A stretch of 64,000 nucleotides of DNA from Schizochytrium sp. TIO01. Lineage: Eukaryota > Protista > Bigyra: Labyrinthulomycetes. Under the pieces are notes generated by a model. The model was given only the letters and a program-made list of their open reading frames with translations. It did not search any database and was not told the origin of the DNA. Location: contig SMSO01000014.1 in assembly GCA_004764695.1 (NCBI GenBank), positions 4,102,845 through 4,166,844 on the forward strand. The letters are read 5' to 3'. Of the stretch, positions 22,029 through 33,300 are shown in pieces (the stretch's first letter is position 1; each line of letters opens with the position of its first letter). The position numbers and the translations under genes are program-made.

Positions 22029-23639
22029 ATGCCGCGTGGAAAAAAGGCTGCAAAGCGGACGGCCTCCGGGCGAGGCCAGATGCAACAGCAGGCAGGTATG
22101 GACCAGATGGACCAGGCTGCACGTAACCAGCATGCCCAATCCCTGCTCCTTCAACAACAAGGCCAACAACAGTCCCCGCAAATGCAGCAGGGCGCACATC
22201 AGCAACACCCAGGCCAACAGCAACAACAACAGCAACACCCGGGCCAGCCGCCCATGCACATGCAGGGACAACATCCTCAGCAATTCATGCATGGAGGCAT
22301 GCCAGGAATGCCTGGGGTCAGCGATAGCATGGAGCCTCCATCGATGGAAAACGGAGCTGCGGGAGCCATGCCTGGAGCACAACCCGATATGAACGGGCGT
22401 CATCCAGGCGTTTCGCCTGCAGAAATGCCGTTCCCATATCCTCCTAACATGATGTATCATTTGATGGGCCACCACATGGCGGGATCTGGAATGTACCCGA
22501 TGATGAACCCCTTGGCAGCTCCTCCTGGCGCATATGGTGCAGCGCCAAATGGCCAGGGCGCGCAAGGTGACCCAGCGCATGCCGCGCACGCAAACCCGCT
22601 CTACCAATCGTACCCGTTTATGCAGCATGGAGGCATGATGGCCAACCCGTACCTTCTGGGACAACATGACGTAGGCAAGAATGGTCAAGGCGGCAAAAAT
22701 AGCGCTGCAGCTGCTGCTACAGCAGCCGCCACAGCCATGAATCCATGGGGAGCCATGATGCCCGGAGGTGCTGCTTTAGCTGCAGGCCGTCCTGGAGCAT
22801 ACCCTTACGGTCATGCGCCGCACCCTGGCTTGGCACATGGCATGGGACTTGGAATGGGAGGCTTTCCTATGGGTATGCAGCAGCCACCACCTGCCGCAGC
22901 CCAGGGAGGTGCATCTCAGCAGCGTAACAAACGCTCAGCGGAAGATGGCGACCGCAAACAGCGGGGCAACAACGTCGGTAATGGTAACAATAGCAGTCGT
23001 CGGAAACGATCCAAGAACGGTAGCAACTCTTCACAATTTCGTGGTGTATCCTGGCACAAGCGCGACCGCCGCTGGATTGCACGTGGCTGGGTCAACAGTA
23101 AAACTGTAAACCTCGGATCTTACATGTGGGAAAAACAGGCTGCTCTTGCTGTGGATTATAAAACTCTCGAGGTTACTCCTGAAGCACAACGTGGAGATGT
23201 ACTGCTCAACTTTTCCACCGTTGAAGAGCGCAAACAGGTTCTCGAGCAGCTCTTGGATAAATCATTCCAGCTTAATCTCACCCACAATCGCACAAGAGGA
23301 GTGCAAGCCGATTTTCAGCCATTTCCTGTCTCCCCGGATTATGCAACCTTCCCCGTTGTTGACCGCATCACAGCACCTGTCGACTCTATCGAGGTGCCCA
23401 AGCATCTGCCTCAGCGCCCTGATATGACGCAGCAACCTCCTCACCCAATGCAGGCCATGGGACACTTTGCACCTGGCCACATGCCGCCCTATTCACACAT
23501 GCACGCTATGGGCATGCATGCCATGGGCCACGGCATGGGGGGATACCCAAACCTCGGTATGGGCCACCCAGGACACATGCCTGGTGCTCTCCCACCGCAC
23601 ATGCAGGACCCTTCAATGATGGGCCAAGCGGATGACTAA
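22029..23639 (+). CDS. AP2/ERF-domain transcription factor with Q/G/M/P/H-rich low-complexity arms
   Basis: SQFRGVSWHKRDRRWIARGWVNSKTVNLGSYMWEKQAALAVD...LLNF is an AP2 domain, preceded by the basic NLS-like RRKRSK. Confidence 0.9.
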   Translation: MPRGKKAAKRTASGRGQMQQQAGMDQMDQAARNQHAQSLLLQQQGQQQSPQMQQGAHQQHPGQQQQQQQHPGQPPMHMQGQHPQQFMHGGMPGMPGVSDSMEPPSMENGAAGAMPGAQPDMNGRHPGVSPAEMPFPYPPNMMYHLMGHHMAGSGMYPMMNPLAAPPGAYGAAPNGQGAQGDPAHAAHANPLYQSYPFMQHGGMMANPYLLGQHDVGKNGQGGKNSAAAAATAAATAMNPWGAMMPGGAALAAGRPGAYPYGHAPHPGLAHGMGLGMGGFPMGMQQPPPAAAQGGASQQRNKRSAEDGDRKQRGNNVGNGNNSSRRKRSKNGSNSSQFRGVSWHKRDRRWIARGWVNSKTVNLGSYMWEKQAALAVDYKTLEVTPEAQRGDVLLNFSTVEERKQVLEQLLDKSFQLNLTHNRTRGVQADFQPFPVSPDYATFPVVDRITAPVDSIEVPKHLPQRPDMTQQPPHPMQAMGHFAPGHMPPYSHMHAMGMHAMGHGMGGYPNLGMGHPGHMPGALPPHMQDPSMMGQADD

Positions 23640-24380
23640 AAGAGTGACTGATTCTAACTCCTCTTTCTCCATCCACCTTGTTTGCTTTGCTTTGCTTCTT
23701 CATTTGTCACTCTTTACTCAAACTGATCTGGACATTTTGCCTCTGAAAATTCAGAACCGGTGCATTCTTCTTTTCTGAGGAGGGTGCTTCCTCGCCCAAT
23801 CTATTTTCAATCAACCAAAATCAAAAGAAAAAATGCACACATATAGCGCGGAAACTGCCACCACGCTCTGCCTTCTGATACACAGCTACATAGCCCTTTT
23901 CCCCAAACAATTTAATCACCAGGGAGGTGGCACACAGACTCATACCCTACTAACTCACACAAGCTGTATCCCAGTTCAATTTGGGATTCTCATTTTTTTT
24001 TTCTCCTCACTACTACTCTTCAATCTTGTGTTCCCAAATCTTATACTGGTTAGGGCTTTCTACATCTTAGATCAAGTCATACAGCAATCTATTCGATCTC
24101 ATCTCACTTGACCAAAATACAAGTCTAGTCATCAAAAACCAATATATTTTAACAATAGAAGTATCACGAAATAATCCATCCTTTATTCTCATATTTTTCA
24201 ACCTCGTCTCTAACTTCAGCAAAGAAAAAGTACAACTCAGCACGTACAAATGAAAAATTCTAAAGATCGATTACCTTCATTAAGATTATGTATTGGAAAT
24301 TCAAGGTTAGCAAACAATGTATACACTTGTAACAACCGCTTCGGTAATTGTTTTTTGCTTCGTTCTCGAGGTAATAATGT

Positions 24381-27300
24381 TTAATCAGACGCAGCAAGGT
24401 ACATGCATGCATCTTCAAAAGCAGTTAGCACCAGCTCATATCGTGTATTCGACCCTTCAAGTCGGAATGACATATAGGCACGAATTAAACTGAATAAAAT
24501 CATAGGAGATTCATCAGAAAGTTTTGAGAGAGCTAAAAGTTTTGCCACGCTTTGAACCTGCACTTCCTCACTCTCTTGATATACTAGCTCCTGGATCTTC
24601 ACCCAGCTATTTGTAAGCTCGCGCATGTTGTGGTAGGGTGTCTCTCTCAACCCCACCCGCTGAGATAGCTGAGCAGCAATCTGACGAATTTGCTCCAAAT
24701 TTTCATCAACATTCGAATGATTCAATTGCTCCTTAAAGTGCTTGCATCCCCGGCGCAACTGTATTTCACATTGCTGCATATTACGCTGGTTGCAACGCTC
24801 ACGCCACCGTTGCACCGCCGCCTCCATATTCTGTGTTGTCGGAAGAGTTAAGGATAACATCCACAAGAGTTTTACGCTCACCTGCTCATTCATGGACTCA
24901 AATTCATGTTGCTCAGGTCCAACGAAACACCATTCACCAGTTTTATCCTTGCCAGATGGGGGCGGGGGAGGTGGCACAGAAGATCTCTGCTGCCTCTGCG
25001 TGCCACTGTTAGCGGTTTGTCTTTGTTGTTGATAAGATGACGACACAGGCTTCTCTCGAGTGAACGTTAAGAGTGCCACATGCGTTTGCGAGTGTACCAG
25101 AAGAAGTCGAACCTGAGAATCAACAATATAGTCAGCAGTGAAAACTAAATCTGCAGGTTCTGACTTGTCTGAAGTATATGTATCAATACTTGTGCGCATC
25201 AGCTCAATGGCCTTACGCACCAAACATGTGCGGAAAAGGTCATACACGACGAGTTCCTGGCTACCCTGCACACCACGGAAAAGGCGCTCCGGTCGAGCTC
25301 GCATGTGTACTTGACGTTCCGACTCCAAAAGTTGCTTTGGTTTCGAACGCGCAGCAATGCCTTGCGACGTAGACGCAATAGCACTCGCTACGCCGGAAAC
25401 TGGTTTCGCGAAGAAACCGTACATACCTTCTCCCAGTCCTCCCACGGCATCTTGAACACTTCCCTTGGACAAGCCTTCCATGGGTTTGGATAACAGCCCC
25501 TTAAAGCCACCACGGAAGCCCTCGCTAATTTGCTTGGTGCCTTGCGCAAGCCCTTCTTCAAATCCGCGGGGTTTTGCTGTTCGCGTCTTTTTATAGTCTA
25601 GATCCACCTTTGCGACAGTAGCTCCCAAACTTCCAATAGAAGCGAAAGCTGCTGACACGCGATTTCCTGATCCTAGAGCACTGAGCAGTTCACCAGGATT
25701 ACCTGGCAAGGCGTACCCAATAATCTTGAAAATTCGCTTTTGAATCTGCCCACGATAGTACATACGAATGTCATTCAATAGATTGGCACGGGTACTCGCC
25801 AAGTGAGTCCTCTCAAATGGATCCAAGGTAACTGGTATCCCTTCCACATCTGTAACCTTACTTCGAAAGTAGCTGATACCAAGATCAAGCTGACTAATCT
25901 TGAGTAAATTGACAAAGAGGAATCGCACCCCAGCAGGAGTATTGACTTCAAGACCACGCTCGCATTGAGCATACAAATCCATGCTGGTGTGGGAAAATAC
26001 ATCACGTTTGGAATCTTCTTGAACACTCAGTTTTGGCCCATCGCGATCGGAAACAGATGCACGCTGGGGAGCACTCACCTGTGCTATAACCTCCTTGCAA
26101 GCTGAAACAAAGTCTTCGTCAAGCTGAATATCAAGTTTTGCAAGATCCCATTTCAATGCACGAATATAACGTACAGCAAGCGCTGTATGTTTTTCGCTCA
26201 TTGAAAAAGAGAGAACAGGCTTGAACTTGTTCGTTCTATCTTCCTCCTCGTTGTATGCTCGCTTAAGAAGGTTTGCATAAGTTGGGTCACTCAAGCAATT
26301 GTCAACGCGAAAGCTTTGAAGAATAACATCGAGCTTTCTGTCAAGGTTTGTGTCAACAAATTCGCAGTGAATGCTTGCTGTCACATAAACAAGCTCAGCA
26401 AGAAGGCTGCTTGCCCTGAGAGCCTTTTTATAAATCACTGAGACGCCCAGGTCATTTAGGTCAAAGCTCAGCTTCAAGCGAGTTTGCTCTTGTGTCTCTG
26501 ATGTGGAGACCTCTGAAGATGAACTTGATGATGCTTCAATCGAAGTCTCCGAGATGCGAACAATCCGACTATGCGAATCTACGTCCACAACTACGAAGAC
26601 ATAACGAGCTTCCAAGTTGCGAATGTTGCTCAAAGCGCTTGCAGTAAAGGACACAAGGTTATGCTCATCGGTCTTTGTTGACCAAAGTTGCAGAGTGTCA
26701 GGCTGCGAAGGTTTCGGTGCAAGACATAGTTCATAGGAATCTTCACCGTGCTTGTGACGGCGCACTAAGGCAATATGAAAATCATCTGAAAGCTCCACTG
26801 GGTCTCCCTTGCTTTTCTTCGTGCTCACGAATGCCCACCAAGACAAATTACGAGATGAAGCTTCATCGTCCTCGACCAAGGCCTCATCGTCTCTCTGGAA
26901 GATTCCTCCTTGATCTGTAATACGAGTCCATCCGACCTCTCTTGTGCCTTCAACTCGTGTTAAATGCCGGTTCACACCATCGCTAGTTGTGCAAGTGATT
27001 TGAAAGCGATCACCATAACATAGCACTCGATCTTCGCCAGCCTCTTCGCGCGCTTTGCAGCTTTCCTCGGAGCGGAAAACAATTGCAGACGCCTGACTTT
27101 GGCGCAATCCTAGTGGCCACGAACGTTTTCTGCCTGCCATATCGCTATCATCCAAAACTGACTCAACCATTGGAGGTGGTGCACGAGCTACCCATCTCTT
27201 ACCATGAGGACCATTCAAAAAATGACGCTTGCCAGCCTTGACAACACTTTCTTCAGAGGCAGAGCTTCTATGATTTGTGATTGACTGAGGCGGTAGAGCA

Positions 27301-30300
27301 ATGCGTGTCTCTCCACCAATCTTTGTTAAGTCAACAGTTGCTGTAACATGCTTCTGCGAAGCGTCATATCCTCCAATTTCAATACTGATCAGATGAGGCT
27401 TGCAAGGTTCAGCCCACGCAAAAGGTGCAGTGCCATAAGGTTCCACCTCAAGCATACTGCCCGGATCTACCTTTACATTTTTCTGAACACAGTGCAACCT
27501 TTCCAAGGAAACGTTCTCAATTCGGTACATGGGCTGTGTTTGGCTGTCTGCGCGGAAAACAACCAAAACGGTTGACTCCACAGCGCCGCGCCGCACATCA
27601 ACCACGATTCGTCCTTCGTAACCCGGAATAGAAATGCAAAACTCATCCAAAGTGTGAATGGGGAAAGGCATAGACCAATTAGAAGAGCCAAGCTGAATCT
27701 TCAATAAAGCACTTTCTGGATTGGATAAAGGTTGATGCCACCATAAAGGAGTAGGCTCGCCCGTCACCACAATTGGATCCTGATATGTATCAGCCTGAAT
27801 CACCCTCACAACAGTACCTGACTGGTTTACTAGGACCACGCGGGGTGAAACAGTGCACAATTTAGTCCTTGCTATTGTGGGATGCTCTGAAATTGAGTAG
27901 ACAAGCTCATAAAACGACAGATCGCTACTTTCAGTTGAGCGACGAATAGGAAAAACGTTGCTGGCACCCACAGTAAGACCCAGTTGGCATGGCTCAGACC
28001 ATGCCAAACCATGAGCTGAATTCATTGACGATTTGAGACTCATCCGGCAGGTATCAAAACCAAACAAGCGTGTAGACGTTGATCCGGCTCCATAAGCAGA
28101 CGATGCCATTCCAATGTCAGTAGAACTCTTGTCTTGTGAAACAGGCTTACACCGAGTGCGGACCCAGCGGCGGCGCCTAATAGGACGAGTCCAAGACTCC
28201 TTGGGACTCCAATTTTCAGGCGAGAAACTTGTTGCATACATCCAGCCATCCGCATCAGTGTCTCGAAAGTTTGTGTCAACGACCCATTCCGTTTCCCAAG
28301 ACCACCCAGGTTCATTCATTGGTAAGCGCACCAGCTCACGAGGGCGAGCTTTGTTGCCATCCTTATCACTCCACACGGGGCGTTCTCCAGGTAGCATTTG
28401 TTGACTCCATCCCTGGTGCATAAATTTACGCTGGTTTTCCCATGTCTCTTCCACAACACGACGCACAGAGCCTTCCACAGGCTCGTCGAGTAATTGCATA
28501 GTGTCATCACGAGCGAGGACAAGGTCGAGCCCAGTGCCATTTACAACCCAAAAGGGGGCATACAATGACATGCCATTCTTAGCGACGCGTACAAGAAATT
28601 GTTGAACACGTTGAGAAGTTTTGTCTTGAAGAGAGTACTGGTAAGTACAACGTTGCCCTGTGACAGAGACCCTGCCACCAAAATTGGAAGGGGCATTCAA
28701 GAAGGCAAATTGGACACTTAAGCTCCCAACGTTTTGTGGGTAAAGGGGCCACAAATCTCCAGGTGCGAGATCGCGCTCAGCAAAGAGCTTCATAGGCTGG
28801 TTTTTCTCACGAACTTCCACGAGCTGTACTTTAACTGCAACAGGAAGCTCGTTCTCTATTACTGAAACGGGCTTGAGATGAACACGAACGAGGGGCCGGC
28901 AAGAATTGCGCACAACATCTGCTCGAATCACAACTTCACTGTTCCCTAACGCCATGATTAATTCCTCATCACGAGTATTCTTGGAGTCATATGTTAGAGG
29001 AACCATCGACCACGCGTCGTTCTCAGCGCTCGGGCGACGAACAGCAAGATTATGTTTATCCCAATTTTGGAAGGGTGGCACATGGAAGCGCCGTCCGGGT
29101 TTGATAATGCGAAGCATTTCAGGCTCTCCAGCATTGAACATGGCCATTTCAAGAGGCAAATCACAGTCATTGCAGCAGACCACGCCTGAAGCAATAGTGA
29201 CAACAAAGCCATCACGGCCTTCTTCGTCCTCAGGCGCTTGGTGCTCTACCCATGCACCCCAATGAGCGTTGCCCAGAGGTTGGTCGCGACGGTCAACAAG
29301 GGGAAGCTCTAAGAATTGGTCAACAATCCTGATGTCAACGCGCATGCTTGAGGTCTGCACCTCACCTTCCTTGTGAGGTGGGATTTCCACTTCGCCATTC
29401 ACAAAAACAACTTCATCTGTCTCATTCACAATGGTACAGCGTCGAAAGTTAACGAGCTTTAGCTGTGATGGAGCCGAATCATCATCGCCAGTTACCACCT
29501 CCTGTACCTGGGCAACAAGATCTTCAGTTTCCTCAATGAATCGTCTTAAGTGGTCCACATGCAGATTCAGACGGAGTTCGCGGCTTGATCGAAACCCTAG
29601 CGATAATCCATTGTGAGGTTTCTGCGGGATTGTACTGACATCGCAAGCCAGGTCGCATGGCTCCAAAGCCGGTTCCCACGCCATGTTGTGTGGGTTCAAA
29701 ACACTTAAATCAACATTTTGAACTTGGATTGCGCCATTGAATGCATTACTTGAGATACTCTCTGACGAACCCACCGTTTCTCCGGAAGCAATTGAGTTAT
29801 CTTGAATACGTAAGCGCAAAAACGGAAGTGTGCGGCCATACACAACAGCTTCAAAGCTACTCACTGTTACCTCTACCTGATATTTTGTTCCATCAAAGGC
29901 TTCGAGGTCTGCACTACCGCCAGCTGCTGCAGTAGATGCCGAGGTCTCGGAGATGGACATCGCAGACGTTTGAGAATAGCTCCGTTCCGGCCGTTTTGCA
30001 GCTTCTCTCATAATAGCTCTTTGGACCATTTTGCGTGACGGTAACGAACGAATCATCGAGAGAATTACCTGCCGAAGCCTGGCAACCATTGGAATCTGAA
30101 GCTCCAAAGAAACATCGTTCACGTTCAGCATAAATGAAGACATAAGGCGAACACCGTTGGCCTGATAAATGTTCTTAAGCACCAATATAACACTAGCATC
30201 TTCCACAAGGGAGTGCTGCCGCTCAATCTCCTGATTAGGGCCTAGAGCACAGAGACCACAGCTTGTTTCTGCCACTGTGAGGTGAATCTTTCGAGAAAGT

Positions 30301-33300
30301 TCTGTCTCACTTTCGCTAGTTTCAATCAATGCAATGACCTCAGACCGAATGAGGATCGCAACGCTTGGTACATCTTCGGGGGCAATTTTAACCTCTAGTT
30401 GTTTTAGGCAGATACGGCCTTGCATTTCTCGAGTCATCAGTGCTTCGTTCTTGGCATCCTCCAACTCCCGGTCCAATTCACGCTGAAGTACATTGGCCGT
30501 ACGCAGAGACTCCAAGATCGCCTGAAATTCAAACAATGCACGCAGAAGCTTGGGTTCGTGTGACAATGTGACAGACTCTCCATCAATAAATACCGATGTT
30601 TGATACGTATTACCTTCGACACTTGTGGTATAAAGTACTGATGTCTGAGTGATCTTCGCAACAAGCTTGATAATAGGCTCTTCCTCTTCACGCATACGGA
30701 CATGGCTATCCAGACGTGCAGAAGAGGTTTTCAAGTGCAGTGTGCTGTCTTTGCCATTAAACTCGACATTTAGATCTGCCAATGAGATTGTGGCAAAATG
30801 TTCCACGTCAGTGTCCTCTGTGCCTTGGATGGGAGGCCGTGTAAAATTGAGGCGCGCCTCCTTTGCGTCAACCGCAAGAGATAGCGAGCTACCACCTTCC
30901 GAAGCAAGTTCATATTGCGGTCGAGCACTTGATGCCAACAACAAGTTAGAGTTTAGCGCTGCGTTTAATTGATACAATGATCGGGGGTCAGCACTCAGTG
31001 CAAGGCCGTGCTGCATCGAAAGCTCAATGCGCATAACTTCGGGGTCGGGGAAGTGGATGCGAAGATCTAACGGGAACTTGGTGGATAAAAGTTCTACATC
31101 TTCTACGTGAAGTTTAATTTCTCCATTCTTTTGGACAATCAATGATGCAGAACCAGAGTCAAGCATGAGATTTCCGAGCTTAGGACGATAATTCTCGAGC
31201 TCAAGGCTTAGACCCGGCAGCTCCAAGGCAAATACCGAAGACTCCCCCTGATTGACTTCCTCTTCTTCTTCGTTCTCATGCTCCGTCAAAGTATGCAAGT
31301 CCCCTTGAACAGCATCGGAACCATTGCTGATAAAGAGCTCTTGAATGGCGTTGATAGATGCGAGCAAGGTTCGAATCAATGTTGTCAGGACAGCTTGTGA
31401 AACGGGGGTCAAAAGAAAGTAGGCCTTCGCTATTCCTGTGGCTTTGACACCACTCCCTCCGAGTGAAATTTGAAGAGTTTCCTTTGACTCAGAGTCTGAC
31501 TTGCAGACAAAAAGAGAGTTGGATCGTGTAGCCTCTTCCACAGATAAATTGTCATCCTCATCCCACATACAAACGTCTCCTAAGCTAATAAAGTCCCCTT
31601 GGTAAGTGATATTGCGAGCAATGAAGACGTTACCACCTTCATTGGACACATCACGTGTAACTACACGTACTTGTGTTACTACAACGCGCAGGGGTTCACT
31701 ACTAGGTTTTGCGTCATTTGGAGATGCAATCGCACTTTCTTCGGTCTGAGTACTGGATGCAGCAGGTCCAGCAGGTCCAGCGAGTTCGACCAGAGCTCGC
31801 GCAACATTGGTTAACGTGTGTGCCAGTCGCCGAGTCTCTGGGTTTAAAATTGCCTCTACACGGTCAACGACCACACCTGAGCTAGCTTCATAGCGCACAT
31901 CAGCTACAGACAGGATCTCATGTTTCCCGTCGAGCAAGAGGCTGATTTTCTCCAAATGGACGCCTTTTTTATCCGTACGAAGACCACTGGCATGGGCTTC
32001 GCAAGAAGGGCCATCAGCAGCAAGGAATTGAACAACAAATGGAGCATCAGGTCTCCGCAGTTTAATCTCCAAGGCAGACGATGTTGGAGGCTGTGCAGAA
32101 ACGGGTTGAGAAGATCTAGACTGTACTTTGGCTGGTGAAGAGGCCTGGCCAAACGATGAATACGAACTCATAGATGAAGCCCGTCGGCGGAGAGACCTCA
32201 CCGGTTTTGCAGAGTCCGCAAAGAGATCATCTGGGGGCCTGAATTCTAAGAGTGCACGGAACGCCTTTTGATCCAAAACAAGGTGGATCGGGTCTACCTC
32301 AACGATTGTGCCGTGCTCGGCTGTCCACTCTATCGAAAGCACATCTTCTTTGCTACCCTGCTGATCAGCAGACAGAAAGAGGATATCTCGCTCTGCAGAT
32401 GAGGCGCGCAGTTTATGGACTCGTGCATGTACCGCCGAAGTCGTATATTGGGCATCAACAGAGTTGATTTCGCATCCAAGAATAAGATAGGGAGGTGGAG
32501 GAGGGTTGGAGGTACCTTCATCATCTCGAAGGAACTTCACCTCAAGCTTCTCGGCAGAAAATTCATAGCGTACTTCAGGGCGGCTGGCCCCAATGCCGTT
32601 ATCCTGCAAGGCGTATGTGTTTGCGTTACTTTCCACAGGGTCTCCAGAAACGGCATCTACAGGCATAGCCTCTGCATAGGGACTATCCAGAGCCTTTGAT
32701 GAAGAAGAGGGCGTCGTAGAGGCCGAGATTGTCTTGGAAAGGTGCGCAGCAGTGCGATATATACCTTGTACAAAAGCAGTAGGCACATTGACGCATACTG
32801 CTCCAACCTTAAGACTCATTGTTTGTGAATACCCTTCGAAAATCGGCGACTGTGACTTGGTCGTCTGTACCTTGAGCTTGACGAGGTCCGAACCTTCTTG
32901 AGGGGACCAGACATCTCGTTCACTTTGATGATCCTTAATCATGAAGGAACCAGCTTCGAATTCAAGAGAAGTATCGAAAGTCCTCTGGATGTATGTTGCT
33001 GTGAGCTTTTCGAGAGAGACAGTGGCCTTAGTGTTTGGCAAGTCGCATTTGATGGAAGTTTCTCCAAGGTTGGCTCGCAATCGGAACGCCACACGGCTTG
33101 CGATTCGATTGAGGATAGCTAGATCCTCGGGCCAGTCAGTCGGCTCACTATGATCATCAGCAGAACCAGACTGGTCTTCTAATCTTTTCGTGCGGACTCC
33201 AGCGACAGCTGCTGCAGGTGCAGATGTTGTGGGATCGTCTACGCTGGCAGCGAGAATAGGTTTTGCAATAGCCAAAAGAGCATCGACAGCATCAGAGTTC

